From contig CAZJVP010000072.1 of assembly GCA_964549615.1 (NCBI GenBank), positions 1 to 64,000 on the forward strand: a DNA stretch of 64,000 bases. Direction: 5' to 3'. A model generated the notes under the pieces. That model had not been told where the DNA came from. It did no database searches and saw only the letters and a program-made list of their open reading frames with translations. Source of the stretch: an uncultured Thermococci archaeon. Lineage in GTDB: Archaea; CAYQAE01; CAYVLA01. Made by a program: the position numbers and the translations under genes. Shown one piece after another: positions 40,915-50,847 of the stretch. The first letter of the stretch is position 1. Every line of letters begins with the position of its first letter.

Positions 40915-41261
40915 GGCAGCTTGCGGCCAACCCGGCGGACTAGGCGGGAGGCTAGGCGTCTCCTGTCACCCGAAATCGTCTATACGCGGGGCTGAATGCC
41001 GCGGGGCGGTTCGGCCGCGGGACGTTGGGCCCGGGTCCCGAACGTTGACTCTCCGTCCCTCAGGGTCGGTGGATGTGGGGCCCCCTTCGGAGGAAGGCGG
41101 CAACCACATTTGCTTTCCGAACCCCACCAGGCCGGGAACGGAGCAGTGGTAGGAAAGACATGCGGCGCTTGAGGGGCAACGGGGACGAGGTAAGGCTCGA
41201 CAAGCCCACGTCCCGCGACGGGCCCACCCGCGGATGTTCGGCGGGGTCGAAGCAGGCTGCC
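40915..41261 (+). other. Bulge-helix-bulge processing motif closing the SRP RNA
   Basis: Outer helix 40915-40924/41252-41261 (10 bp), bulge GAA 41249-41251, central helix GGCC/GGTC (40925-40928/41245-41248), bulge AAC 40929-40931, inner helix 40932-40940/41236-41244. Confidence 0.85.
40931..41250 (+). ncRNA. ffs: Archaeal signal recognition particle (7S) RNA
   Basis: Alu domain with TGTCA (UGUNR) and loop-loop complement TAGGCG/CGTCTA. Helix 6 CCTTC-GGAG-GAAGG (41084-41097). Helix 8 CAGGCCG-GGAA-CGGAGCAG (41128-41146). Termini pair. About 320 nt. Confidence 0.95.
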
Positions 41262-41281
41262 CGATGGACGGACGGATGGAC

Positions 41282-42860
41282 ATGGGAAGGGACGGAGTTC
41301 TACGTCTCTGACTACAACGACATCGCCCTCGAAAGGGCAAGGCTGCCCGAGCGAGTAGCGATTTTTGACACGACGCTCAGGGACGGCGAGCAGACGCCGG
41401 GCGTCTCCCTGACCGTTGACGAGAAGATACGGATCGCTTGCGCGTTAAATGAACTGGGCGTGGACACCATAGAGGCCGGATTCCCAGCAACATCGGAGGG
41501 AGAACTGAAAGCCATATCCGAAATAGCCGGCCTTGGGCTGAAGAGCGAGATCTGCGCCCTGGCACGGTCCAACCAGAAGGACATCGACCTAGCGTTGAGC
41601 TCCGGGGTCAGCTGCATCCACACGTTCATCGCGACCTCGGACATACACCTGAAACACAAGTTGAAGATGACGAGGGATGAAGCCCTGCAGAAGGCTGTCG
41701 AGACCATAACATACGCCAAGGAACACGGGGTCGTCGTTGAGTTCTCTGCCGAGGATGCGACGAGGACCGAGCTTGGGTACCTGCTCAGGGTCTACTCAGC
41801 TGCCCAGGACGCAGGCGCTGACAGGATAAACGTCCCGGACACGGTGGGCGCCATGATACCGAGGGCTATGGGGTATCTGGTTGGCAGGGTATGCGAGGCC
41901 GTGAAAGTTCCCGTCTCTGTGCACTGCCACAATGATTTCGGGATGGCCGAGGCGAACTCGCTGGCATCCGTGGAGAACGGCGCGACACAGGTTCACGTCA
42001 CCGTCAACGGTCTGGGGGAGAGGGCGGGAAACGCCTCCCTGGAGGAGGTGGTGATGTCCCTGCACTCCTTCTATGGCATCAAGACCAGCATCGTGACCCA
42101 GAAGATCTGTCCGACGTCCCAGCTCGTCTCGCGCCTGACGGGCATTCCCGTGCAGCCCAACAAGGCAATCGTGGGCGAGAATGCCTTCGCGCACGAGTCC
42201 GGCATACACGTCCACGGGGTGCTCGAGTCCGCAGCGACCTATGAGCCGCTGATGCCCGAGATGGTCGGGAGCACCCGGCGGATCGTCCTAGGCAAACACA
42301 CGGGAGCGCATGCCATATCGGCCAAGCTCGGCGAGATGGGCATCAAGGCCACGGAGGCGCAGGTATCCGAGATCGCCCAGCGGGTCAAGAAGATAGGCGA
42401 CATGGGCAAGGGGATCACCGACGCCGACCTCATGGCCATAGCGGAGGCCGTCATAGGCAAAGTCCCAGAGGGCAAGCGAACGCTGGAGCTGGTGAACCTG
42501 ACGGTGGTAACCGGCGACAGGACCATACCTACTGCATCACTGGCGCTCATCGTGGACGGCAAGCGAGTTGAAGGTGCCAGCATAGGGGACGGCCCTGTGG
42601 ACGCTGCGATAAAGACGATAAAAGATGTCATCAGGGATTTTGGCAAGGTCGAATTGAAAGAGTACCGGCTCGAAGCCATCACCGGAGGTAGCGATGCGGT
42701 TGCGGAGGTCACAGTCAAGGTGATTGACGATCTGGGCAACCTTGCGACGGCCCGGGGCGTTAGCACCGACATAGTCATGGCGAGCGTTGAGGCCATGATT
42801 GAAGCGGTCAATAGGCTGTTCGCCAAGAGAGGGAAGGAAGGAGGAAAGCCAAGTGGCTGA
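41282..42860 (+). CDS. 2-isopropylmalate/(R)-citramalate synthase (LeuA/CimA family); 5' end anomalous
   Basis: FDTTLRDGEQ, HCHNDFG, NGLGERAGN, HESGIH and a C-terminal regulatory domain (GDGPVDA). No in-frame ATG/GTG/TTG between the SRP RNA and the conserved core (see findings). Confidence 0.92.
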
Positions 42861-44613
42861 GACCATCAGCGGAGCTGAGGCCCTCATCAGGGCCTTGGAG
42901 GCAGAGAAAGTCAAACACATATTCGGCTTGCCGGGCGGCGCCATCCTCGACGTCTACGACAAGCTCTATGACTCCAAGATCAGGCACATACTCGTAAGGC
43001 ACGAGCAGGTGGCAGCCCATGCCGCGGACGGCTATGCTAGGGCGAGCGGGGAGGTCGGAGTCTGCTTCACAACATCGGGGCCGGGCGCAACCAACCTCAC
43101 GACCGGGATCGCCAACGCCTTCTACGACTCCATCCCGGTCATCGCGGTGACGGGCCAGGTCCCCACTAGGTTGGTCGGCAACGACTCGTTCCAGGAGGCC
43201 GACACCATCGGCATCTTCATGCCCATAACCAAGTACAACGTCATGGTCAAGTCCGGGTCCGAGATACCCCAGGTCGTGAGAAAGGCCTTCATCATTGCCA
43301 CGAGCGGCCGCAAGGGGCCCGTTCACATCGACCTACCAAAGGACACGCAGCAGCAGAAGATAGAGTTCGAGTACCCCCCTGCGGTGAGGATGCTCAAGCG
43401 ACTCTCCAGCCCGCAGGGACACCCGGGCCAGATCAAGAAGGCGGCCCAGATGCTTGCAAATGCCGAGCGACCGGTCATAATCTCGGGAGGCGGGGTCATA
43501 GCCTCTAACGCGTCAAGAGAGCTGGTCAAGCTCGCCGAATCGCTGATGATTCCGGTTGGAGTCACTCTGATGGGAAAGGGATCTTTCCCTGACTCGCATC
43601 CGCTCTCGCTCGGCATGTTCGGAATGCACGGCAGGAAGATTGCCAACGACATACTAAGCGACGCGGACGTCGTGGTCGCCGTCGGGATGAGGTTTGCCGA
43701 CCGCGTGACCGGCGACACGTCGACCTTCTGCGCGAACGCGAAGATCATACACATCGACATCGACGCTGCAGAGATCGGCAAGAACGTGAGGCCGGAGATC
43801 CCCATCGTCGGCGATGCCAAACAGGTGCTATCCAAGCTCAACTTGGAAATAGCCAAGCTAAAGCCCGCCAAAAAGGCTGCGTACGCAGAGAAGGTCAAGG
43901 AGTTCATCAAGGAATGCACCTGCTGCCAAGACTACGCCTACGATGAGAAGCCCATCAAGCCCCAGCGCGTAATGAAGGAGCTGAACAGGCTGATAGACCA
44001 GGACACGATCGTGGTCACCGAGGTTGGCCAGTGCCAGATGTGGAGCGCCCACTACCTGAGAATCGACCGTCCCGGCCAGTGGATATCATCCGGCGGCCTC
44101 GGGACCATGGGTTTCGGCTTTCCCGCATCGATCGGGGCGAAGGTCGCCAGGCCCGAATGCAAGGTCATAGACGTTGCAGGGGATGGCAGCTTCCAGATGG
44201 TCCTGCAGGACCTGGCCACATGCATCATCGAGGACATACCCGTGGCCGTCTGCATCATGGACAACAGGACGCTAGGCATGGTCTACCAATGGCAGGACCT
44301 TTTCTACAACAAGAGGACGTCCGCGACGCTCCTTGACCACGCAGGCGTGGGGAAGGGGAGGGCCGTGCCGGAGGTGCCGGACTTCGTCAAGCTCGCCGAG
44401 GCGTACGGCGCCAAGGGGGTGAAGGTCGACTCGCCGGGAGAGCTCGGCCCAGCCCTCAAGGAGGCGCTCTCCAGCGACATCGTCACGGTCGTTGACGTGA
44501 AGATAGACAAGGATGAGAAGATGCTTCCCATGGTCAGGGCCGGGGGGTCCATAACGAGCATGATCCTCTCGAGCAGATGCCGGCCCGAGCCCTACCGATT
44601 CAGGGGTGATTGA
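42853..44613 (+). CDS. ilvB: Acetolactate synthase large subunit
   Basis: [27 protein letters not shown] and GDGSFQM motifs. GTG start at 42853. Confidence 0.96.
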   Translation: MAETISGAEALIRALEAEKVKHIFGLPGGAILDVYDKLYDSKIRHILVRHEQVAAHAADGYARASGEVGVCFTTSGPGATNLTTGIANAFYDSIPVIAVTGQVPTRLVGNDSFQEADTIGIFMPITKYNVMVKSGSEIPQVVRKAFIIATSGRKGPVHIDLPKDTQQQKIEFEYPPAVRMLKRLSSPQGHPGQIKKAAQMLANAERPVIISGGGVIASNASRELVKLAESLMIPVGVTLMGKGSFPDSHPLSLGMFGMHGRKIANDILSDADVVVAVGMRFADRVTGDTSTFCANAKIIHIDIDAAEIGKNVRPEIPIVGDAKQVLSKLNLEIAKLKPAKKAAYAEKVKEFIKECTCCQDYAYDEKPIKPQRVMKELNRLIDQDTIVVTEVGQCQMWSAHYLRIDRPGQWISSGGLGTMGFGFPASIGAKVARPECKVIDVAGDGSFQMVLQDLATCIIEDIPVAVCIMDNRTLGMVYQWQDLFYNKRTSATLLDHAGVGKGRAVPEVPDFVKLAEAYGAKGVKVDSPGELGPALKEALSSDIVTVVDVKIDKDEKMLPMVRAGGSITSMILSSRCRPEPYRFRGD

Positions 44614-45127
44614 ATTGGAACGAACCCGCATCATCGCAGCTTTGGTCGAGAACAAGCCAGGGGTGCTTCACAGGATCGCCGGGCTGTTCAGCAGGAGGGG
44701 TTTCAACATCGAGTCCATAGCCGTTGGGACCACCGAGAACGAGAGCATCTCCCGGATGACGATAGTCGTGCGAGGCGATGACAGGATCTTGGAACAAGTG
44801 GAGAAGCAGCTCAACAAGCAGGTCGACGTGATCAAGGTCTCCGACCTAGACAGGGACAACAGCGTCGTGAGGGAGCTCTGCCTAGTTAAGGTCAACGCCA
44901 AGAACGAACAGAGCAAGCTCCTATTGATGAATTATGCGGAGATCTTCAGAGCCAGGATAGTGGATGTCAATACCAGCACGCTGACCCTTGAGATCACCGG
45001 GGACGAGGAGAAGGTCAACGCGCTCATCAACCTCCTCCGGCCCCATGGAATACGAGAGATGGCCAGAACCGGGACCGTGGCCATGGCACGCGGGCCCAAG
45101 TCCACCGAGATTCCCGAAGGGGGTTGA
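44606..45127 (+). CDS. ilvH: Acetolactate synthase small (regulatory) subunit
   Basis: [26 protein letters not shown] domain and EMARTG. Confidence 0.96.
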   Translation: MIELERTRIIAALVENKPGVLHRIAGLFSRRGFNIESIAVGTTENESISRMTIVVRGDDRILEQVEKQLNKQVDVIKVSDLDRDNSVVRELCLVKVNAKNEQSKLLLMNYAEIFRARIVDVNTSTLTLEITGDEEKVNALINLLRPHGIREMARTGTVAMARGPKSTEIPEGG

Positions 45128-45277
45128 ACCGGAAGGGGCGTTGATGCGGACAGCGACGGATGCCGAGCCTGCTAAATGCCCTCCACCCCTTCTCGCAGTC
45201 GACCTCGACACCCGCCTTCAAGGTCGGATGAGCTGGGGATCTGAATCCGCAGATGGCATGAGACCTATCCCCGGCCA

Positions 45278-46543
45278 TCAAGCGCCCGACATCCGCGTGA
45301 CGGAAACCTCCCGATAGAGCCTTCTCCTCACCATTAGCGTCCACAGGGCAACGCCGGCGAGCATGAACGCGCCGCTGACGACGAGCCACTCGACAAGGTA
45401 TATCCAGAAAAGGGCACGTTCCTTCAGTCTCACTGCGATTTCGCCCAGCCGGCCGATCCGCTCCAAAGCCTCGCCCATCTTCTCCGACGAGGCTTGGTAT
45501 TCCAGGGCCAAATACAAGCCCCTTGCCTCATCGACGATCTCCGATACCCCTTTCAGATCCTGCATGACTGGCGCTGCGTTTGCCCCGAACCGCTCTATGA
45601 ACTCGGCTAAGGATATCACATAGACCTGGGCCGAACCAAAGTCCGCGAACTTCCGCCGGAGCCAGTGCACGAGAACGACATCCTCTGGAAGCTTCCTGCC
45701 CGTACTGAAGAGCAGTTCCGCCACCAACATGTCCGGTGCAAAGGGGTTGTACGCAGTGTCCCAGTAACCCCCGATCATGTCCTGGTGGGTCCACGTCACG
45801 CCCTTGCCGTACGTCCAATACATAGTATGAGGGATCCATCCAGGGCTCTCGAATCGCGGGTCGGGATATATCCCCGAGTACCCATAGCGGTACGGGCCGA
45901 CCGAGTAGGAGGTGACGATGGCGCCTGGTTTCGGGATTGCGAGGTTCGTCCCGTAGCCGACGAAGGAAGCCTCGACGCCGGAAAGCCCTATGTAGGGCTT
46001 TAGGATCGGCTCGACCTGCGGATGGGTGTTTATGACGACCCGCATGGGGCCGGACCAGGAGTAGTCTACCCTAACCACCGCGTCCGCATCATTCGGAAAG
46101 GCCTCCGACAGGATCGACTCGGCCCAGGCTGTTGACAGAGCGAGCGAGACGCTCATGACGCTCCTAGTCTGCATGCCCCCGAGCCCATCAAGATAGATCG
46201 AGTCGTGCAGCATCTTCTGCTGCTCGGGCGTCAGGACGATGATCTCCATGTTTAGCAGCATCATGTACTCGTACTCCAGAAGCTTGGCGTAAGACCGTGG
46301 GAAGTACAGCCTGACATACCTGTATAGCTCCTCGTACGTCCACCCCGCGTGCGCCCTCGCCGGTATCACGGTTGGATCGGTTAGGGGGTCTGCAACGAGC
46401 CAAGCTGAGACGATAGGCACAGAGCCAACGTGGCCCGCGACGATGACCTTGGCCGGCTTCGGATGGTCGCCGGATGCGATGCCCATCGCTTCCACGAAGG
46501 ACAGGATCGAAAGAAGGACGACAAGCCTGCGCTGCAATCGCAC
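45278..46543 (-). CDS. Surface-anchored GATase1-like-domain protein (paralog B of 3)
   Basis: Signal peptide, RYVRLYFPRSY, FIERFG, and tail FWIYLVEW-TM-MVRRRLYREV. Start uncertain (46543 or 46636). Confidence 0.82.
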   Translation of the reverse strand: MRLQRRLVVLLSILSFVEAMGIASGDHPKPAKVIVAGHVGSVPIVSAWLVADPLTDPTVIPARAHAGWTYEELYRYVRLYFPRSYAKLLEYEYMMLLNMEIIVLTPEQQKMLHDSIYLDGLGGMQTRSVMSVSLALSTAWAESILSEAFPNDADAVVRVDYSWSGPMRVVINTHPQVEPILKPYIGLSGVEASFVGYGTNLAIPKPGAIVTSYSVGPYRYGYSGIYPDPRFESPGWIPHTMYWTYGKGVTWTHQDMIGGYWDTAYNPFAPDMLVAELLFSTGRKLPEDVVLVHWLRRKFADFGSAQVYVISLAEFIERFGANAAPVMQDLKGVSEIVDEARGLYLALEYQASSEKMGEALERIGRLGEIAVRLKERALFWIYLVEWLVVSGAFMLAGVALWTLMVRRRLYREVSVTRMSGA

Positions 46544-46703
46544 CGGCCACAGCCTGCCGTAGAACTCATAAATCTTCCGGGACCCGATCCAAAACACAGC
46601 CAGATATGACGCAGCAGCTTGGGTTTGCCCCTTCAAGTAGCCACGATCCCTGGCCGCATAGCAGACTGCAGCCCATGCCCGGGATGGATCTCCGCTCTGT
46701 CCC

Positions 46704-47699
46704 TTACTCCCTCAGCCAGGGCATCATCGCCCTGATCCGAGCGCCGACCTCCTCGATCGGGTGCTGCGCGCCGGCCCTCTCCAACGCCTTGAACCTGGGT
46801 CTTCCCGCCTGATTCTCAAGAATCCACTCGGTGGCGAACTCGCCCGACCGGATCTCGTCCAGGATCTTGCGCATCTCGTCCCTGACCCTTCCGTTTATGA
46901 CCCGCTTACCCCTGGTGAGATCGCCGTATTCGGCGGTGTCGGAGACCCTTCTGCGCATCCCGGTTATGCCCTCAGCATGGATCATGTCCACGATCAGCTT
47001 CAGTTCGTGACAGACCTCCAGGTAGGCGCACTCCGGCTGGTAACCGGCCTCCACCAAGACGTCGAACCCCGCCTTGATCAACTCCGAGACGCCTCCGCAG
47101 AGCACGGTCTGCTCACCGAATAGATCGGTCTCTGTTTCCTCAGCGAAGGTGGTCTCCAAGACTCCGGCCCTCGTACAACCCAAGCCCTTGGCATAGGCCA
47201 AAGCCAGATCCAGGGCTTTCCCGCTTGGGTTCTGGTGCACGGCCACCAGGGCAGGCACCCCCTTGCCCTGCTCGAACATCCTTCGCACGAGGCTTCCGGG
47301 CCCCTTGGGCGCGACCATGAACACGTCAACGTCCTCAGGAGGTATGATCTGGTGGTAGTGGATGTTGAAGCCGTGGGCAAAAACCAGGGCTTTGCCCGCC
47401 GAAAGATGCTCGACTATCTGGTCCCTGTAGACCTTCGGTTGGATATCGTCTTGGGTCAGGATCGCGATCACGTCGGACGCCTCGGCCAGCCGGGGCGTGG
47501 TCATGACGTTCCATCCAAGGTTCTCTGCCCTTCTCCAGGCCTCGCTCCCCGGCAGCTCGCTGACGATCACCTTCACGCCGCTATCCCTCAGGTTCATGGA
47601 ATGGGCGCTGCCCTGTATGCCGGCCCCGCCAACGATTCCCACGGTCTTCCCTCCGAGGTGGGAGAGATCCGCATCCTTATCGTAGTAGATGACGGCCAT
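46704..47699 (-). CDS. ilvC: Ketol-acid reductoisomerase
   Basis: [31 protein letters not shown] and SDTAEYG motifs. Confidence 0.96.
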   Translation of the reverse strand: MAVIYYDKDADLSHLGGKTVGIVGGAGIQGSAHSMNLRDSGVKVIVSELPGSEAWRRAENLGWNVMTTPRLAEASDVIAILTQDDIQPKVYRDQIVEHLSAGKALVFAHGFNIHYHQIIPPEDVDVFMVAPKGPGSLVRRMFEQGKGVPALVAVHQNPSGKALDLALAYAKGLGCTRAGVLETTFAEETETDLFGEQTVLCGGVSELIKAGFDVLVEAGYQPECAYLEVCHELKLIVDMIHAEGITGMRRRVSDTAEYGDLTRGKRVINGRVRDEMRKILDEIRSGEFATEWILENQAGRPRFKALERAGAQHPIEEVGARIRAMMPWLRE

Positions 47700-47888
47700 C
47701 TTGTGCCCCTCGCCTCTTCCCCCGAAGCAACAAAGCTTAAAACTATAACTTGTATCCTCCCCGGCCAAAGGAGTGCCTCCCCGGAACGCTCCTTGAACCG
47801 CAAGCTCACGCGATGACCATGACTTTCGAGAAGATGGCCGCAGGTCAGCAGTTCGCTGCATGAGCATCCGAAAGAGAAATCAACCACG

Positions 47889-48731
47889 GTGGCAAAGCTG
47901 ATCGACATGTTCGGCAAGATCGGCGCATCGACCTGGACGTTCGTCGCCCGGCCCATAGCCGATTGCCTCGAGCCAATCGAGCGAATCGGTTTCAGATCCA
48001 TAGAGGTGTGGGCTGATCATGCCGCGCATTTTGACCTGGACGATTCGGACGACGTGAACCGATTGCGAGATCACCTATCCGCGTTCCGCATACGAGCCGA
48101 ATCTCTGCACATGCCCTTCGGTAGGACGCTCGACATCTCCAACCCCGATCCCAAGGTCAGGACGGAAGCCGTGAGGATGACGATTCGTCGCATCAGGGCA
48201 GCATCGAAGATCCCCGTTGAAGAGGTGGTGATTCATCCCGGACACGCCCGGGAGGTCGGCGAGGAACCCAAGAGATACGAGATGGCGGCCGCAAGCCTTG
48301 AACAGATCTGTTCGGCGGCCGATGACCTAGGGATTCGGGTGTGCGTGGAGAACCTCCACAGCGTCGGCCAACTTGCCTTCTGCGACACGTTGCCCAAGAC
48401 GTTGCATCTTGTCAGATCGATCGAGGGTCATGCACCTGGCATCTGCGTCGATACCAGCCACGCCAACCTCATGGGCGGGCTTGCCGAAGAGATGGAGATC
48501 TGCGGGACCTCGGTACTCAGGACGCACATCTCCGACAACCTCGGCGCGAGCGACGATCATCTACCTCCAGGGGATGGCGAGATCAACTGGCAACAGGTTC
48601 TCACCAGCCTAAGGCGGATCTCGTATCGGGGGTCCCTGATGCTGGAGATCGACGGCACCAAGGGACCGGAACGGATCCTCTCGAGGGCCCGCTCCAGGCT
48701 CAAGACGATCATCTCGAAATGGAGAGGATAG
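47889..48731 (+). CDS. Sugar phosphate isomerase/epimerase (xylose isomerase-like TIM barrel)
   Basis: VIHPG, CVEN, CVDTSHA, THISDN..DDHLPPGDG and MLEI motifs. Confidence 0.88.
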   Translation: MAKLIDMFGKIGASTWTFVARPIADCLEPIERIGFRSIEVWADHAAHFDLDDSDDVNRLRDHLSAFRIRAESLHMPFGRTLDISNPDPKVRTEAVRMTIRRIRAASKIPVEEVVIHPGHAREVGEEPKRYEMAAASLEQICSAADDLGIRVCVENLHSVGQLAFCDTLPKTLHLVRSIEGHAPGICVDTSHANLMGGLAEEMEICGTSVLRTHISDNLGASDDHLPPGDGEINWQQVLTSLRRISYRGSLMLEIDGTKGPERILSRARSRLKTIISKWRG

Positions 48732-48780
48732 TACGGTTGCCAGCTGGATCCAACCCTACCTTGGGGGACGGGATGCGAGG

Positions 48781-49557
48781 ATAATCGACGCCCATGTGCA
48801 CGTCTGGTCCGACCGAGACATCCCCATCGTCGTCGCAGAGGCGAGGAGATTGGGCATCGACCGGATATGCGTCTCGTGCCTAGCGGACTGGGACTGGACG
48901 TGCTCAGGCAACCCCGAGGCTGGCAACGCTATGGTCTTCAGAGCGGCGGACAGCCACCCCGAGATGCTTGGGTATGTCTACGTCGATCCGCGCGAGAAGC
49001 AGGAAGCGCTCAGGCAGATCAACGCGTATCTTGATCACCCCGCCATGATAGGCATTAAGCTGTGGATCTCGTGCCCTGCAAACGACCCCGTTGTGCGTCC
49101 GATCGCCCAGGTGGCCGCTGAGGCCGGCCTAGTGATGCTTGTGCACTCCTGGCGAAGGGGCACCAAGTTATCCAAGGGCTACCAGACCCTGCCGCGGCAG
49201 GTCACGGACCTAGCCTTGCGCTTTCCAGATGTCCCCTTCATAATGGCCCACATGGGCGGGGACTGGGAGACCGGAATCCTTGAGGTGAAGAGGGCCGACA
49301 ACATCCTCGTGGACACCAGCGGAAGCATAAACGAGGCAGGCATGATCGAGAAGGCCGTAGCCCTCTTGGGTGCCGACCGGGTGGTCTATGGCTCGGACGC
49401 CCCTGGATCCGCCTATTTGCCCAACCTCGGCAAGATCCTTTCGGCCGAGGTGGCCGAATCCGAGAAACTCAAGATACTCGCCGGAAACATGGAAGCCATT
49501 TTAACTCGCAGAAAGCGCGGGAGCCGGCCCACCATGCCGACAGACCCACTTACCTGA
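48781..49557 (+). CDS. Amidohydrolase family protein (start anomalous)
   Basis: IIDAHVH begins at 48781. Also GIKL, LVHS, IMAHMGG and YGSDAP. Confidence 0.85.
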   Translation: MIDAHVHVWSDRDIPIVVAEARRLGIDRICVSCLADWDWTCSGNPEAGNAMVFRAADSHPEMLGYVYVDPREKQEALRQINAYLDHPAMIGIKLWISCPANDPVVRPIAQVAAEAGLVMLVHSWRRGTKLSKGYQTLPRQVTDLALRFPDVPFIMAHMGGDWETGILEVKRADNILVDTSGSINEAGMIEKAVALLGADRVVYGSDAPGSAYLPNLGKILSAEVAESEKLKILAGNMEAILTRRKRGSRPTMPTDPLT

Positions 49558-49573
49558 ACACCGGAGGCATCAG

Positions 49574-50644
49574 ATGGACGTAAGGGAAAGAGTTCACGCT
49601 GTGCTCGAGGGTGAGATGCCCGATAGGCTGCCCCTCCTGATCTACTCAAACCACCTTCCGAGGGGCAGCTTCGAACGCAGGATGAGGAACATGGGGCTGG
49701 GAATCGATGTCCGTTGCACGGTCTACAGATCCCATACGCCCAACGTGAGGACCGAGACCAGGACGGTGGGGGACTACACCGACACGGAGATCATCACGCC
49801 CGTGGGGAAACTGCACTCGAAAAGGCGGATCAATCTCAAGTTCCAACTCACCGGCGGAAGCTGGATTGTCAGGCACCCCGTCGCCACGATCGATGACCTA
49901 GAGATAATGGAATTCGTCATCCAGGACACCGTCTTTGAGCCACAGTACGACGACTACCTTCATCTCCAGGCCGAGCTGGAGGGCGACGGCGTGGTCACGG
50001 CCGGCGGCCCCTACACGCCTCTCATGCGGATGATGATAGACTTCATGGGATTCAGGAACTTCGCCTTTTCATACAAGCGCGACCCGAAAGCGATCGAGAG
50101 GACCATGGACATATTGGACAAGAAGTACTTGGAGCTGTACAGAATAATTGCGGAGTCGCCAGCCGAGATAGTCAGGATAGGAGATAACATAGACGAGGTC
50201 ATCGTGCCAGCACGCCTTTTCGAGCGGTACTGCCTGCCCTACTACAACAAGTACGCGAGGATCCTGAAGAGGGCCGGAAAGAAGACGATTTCGCACATGG
50301 ACGGGAGGCTCAGATCGCTCAAGGAGCTGATCGGGGCAACCGAGCTCGACGCCATAGAGGCCTTCACGCCTCCGCCCACCGGAAACCTCCCGATATCAGA
50401 GGCGAGGGAGGCTTGGAAACCCAAGGCTCTCTGGTTGAACTTCCCGGAGACGGTCTTCCTTCTTTCAGCGGATGAGATACGGCGCTACACGCTTGGTCTC
50501 CTTCGCGAGATGGGCGAGGGGGCTGGGTACATAATCAGCATAACTGAGGACATCGAGCCCAGCCACTACAGGAAGGCGCTGGAAACACTCACGACGACCC
50601 TTCACGATCACGGCAAGCTCCCCCTGAGCCTCGGGTCCTCCTGA
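49574..50644 (+). CDS. UroD/MtaA superfamily protein
   Basis: RERV.AVL.GE.PDR.P, IGDNI, FERYCLPYY, HMDG and EAFTPPP.G motifs. Confidence 0.83.
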   Translation: MDVRERVHAVLEGEMPDRLPLLIYSNHLPRGSFERRMRNMGLGIDVRCTVYRSHTPNVRTETRTVGDYTDTEIITPVGKLHSKRRINLKFQLTGGSWIVRHPVATIDDLEIMEFVIQDTVFEPQYDDYLHLQAELEGDGVVTAGGPYTPLMRMMIDFMGFRNFAFSYKRDPKAIERTMDILDKKYLELYRIIAESPAEIVRIGDNIDEVIVPARLFERYCLPYYNKYARILKRAGKKTISHMDGRLRSLKELIGATELDAIEAFTPPPTGNLPISEAREAWKPKALWLNFPETVFLLSADEIRRYTLGLLREMGEGAGYIISITEDIEPSHYRKALETLTTTLHDHGKLPLSLGSS

Positions 50645-50847
50645 CCGCCCGGTCATCGCAACCTTCCGGCTGATGCCCCGGGAGCCTTGAATGATCCCGT
50701 CAGACGAGACCACGTTGACGCCGCCCAAAAAATGAGGCAAGACGAGGAGATCGGGCTTGCGCGGTCGTCGGGGCAGGCGTCGGCCAAGCGTAGAGCATAG
50801 CTCTCATGAGCGGTCGGGCCCAGGATGGTGCGCCGCGTCAGAGGGGA

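Noticed and set aside
41073-41281. N-terminal extension of the 595-aa LeuA ORF in the ORF track (starts at 41073 and 41160)
   Set aside because: Both starts lie inside the SRP RNA structure, and the translation is low-complexity and unlike LeuA.
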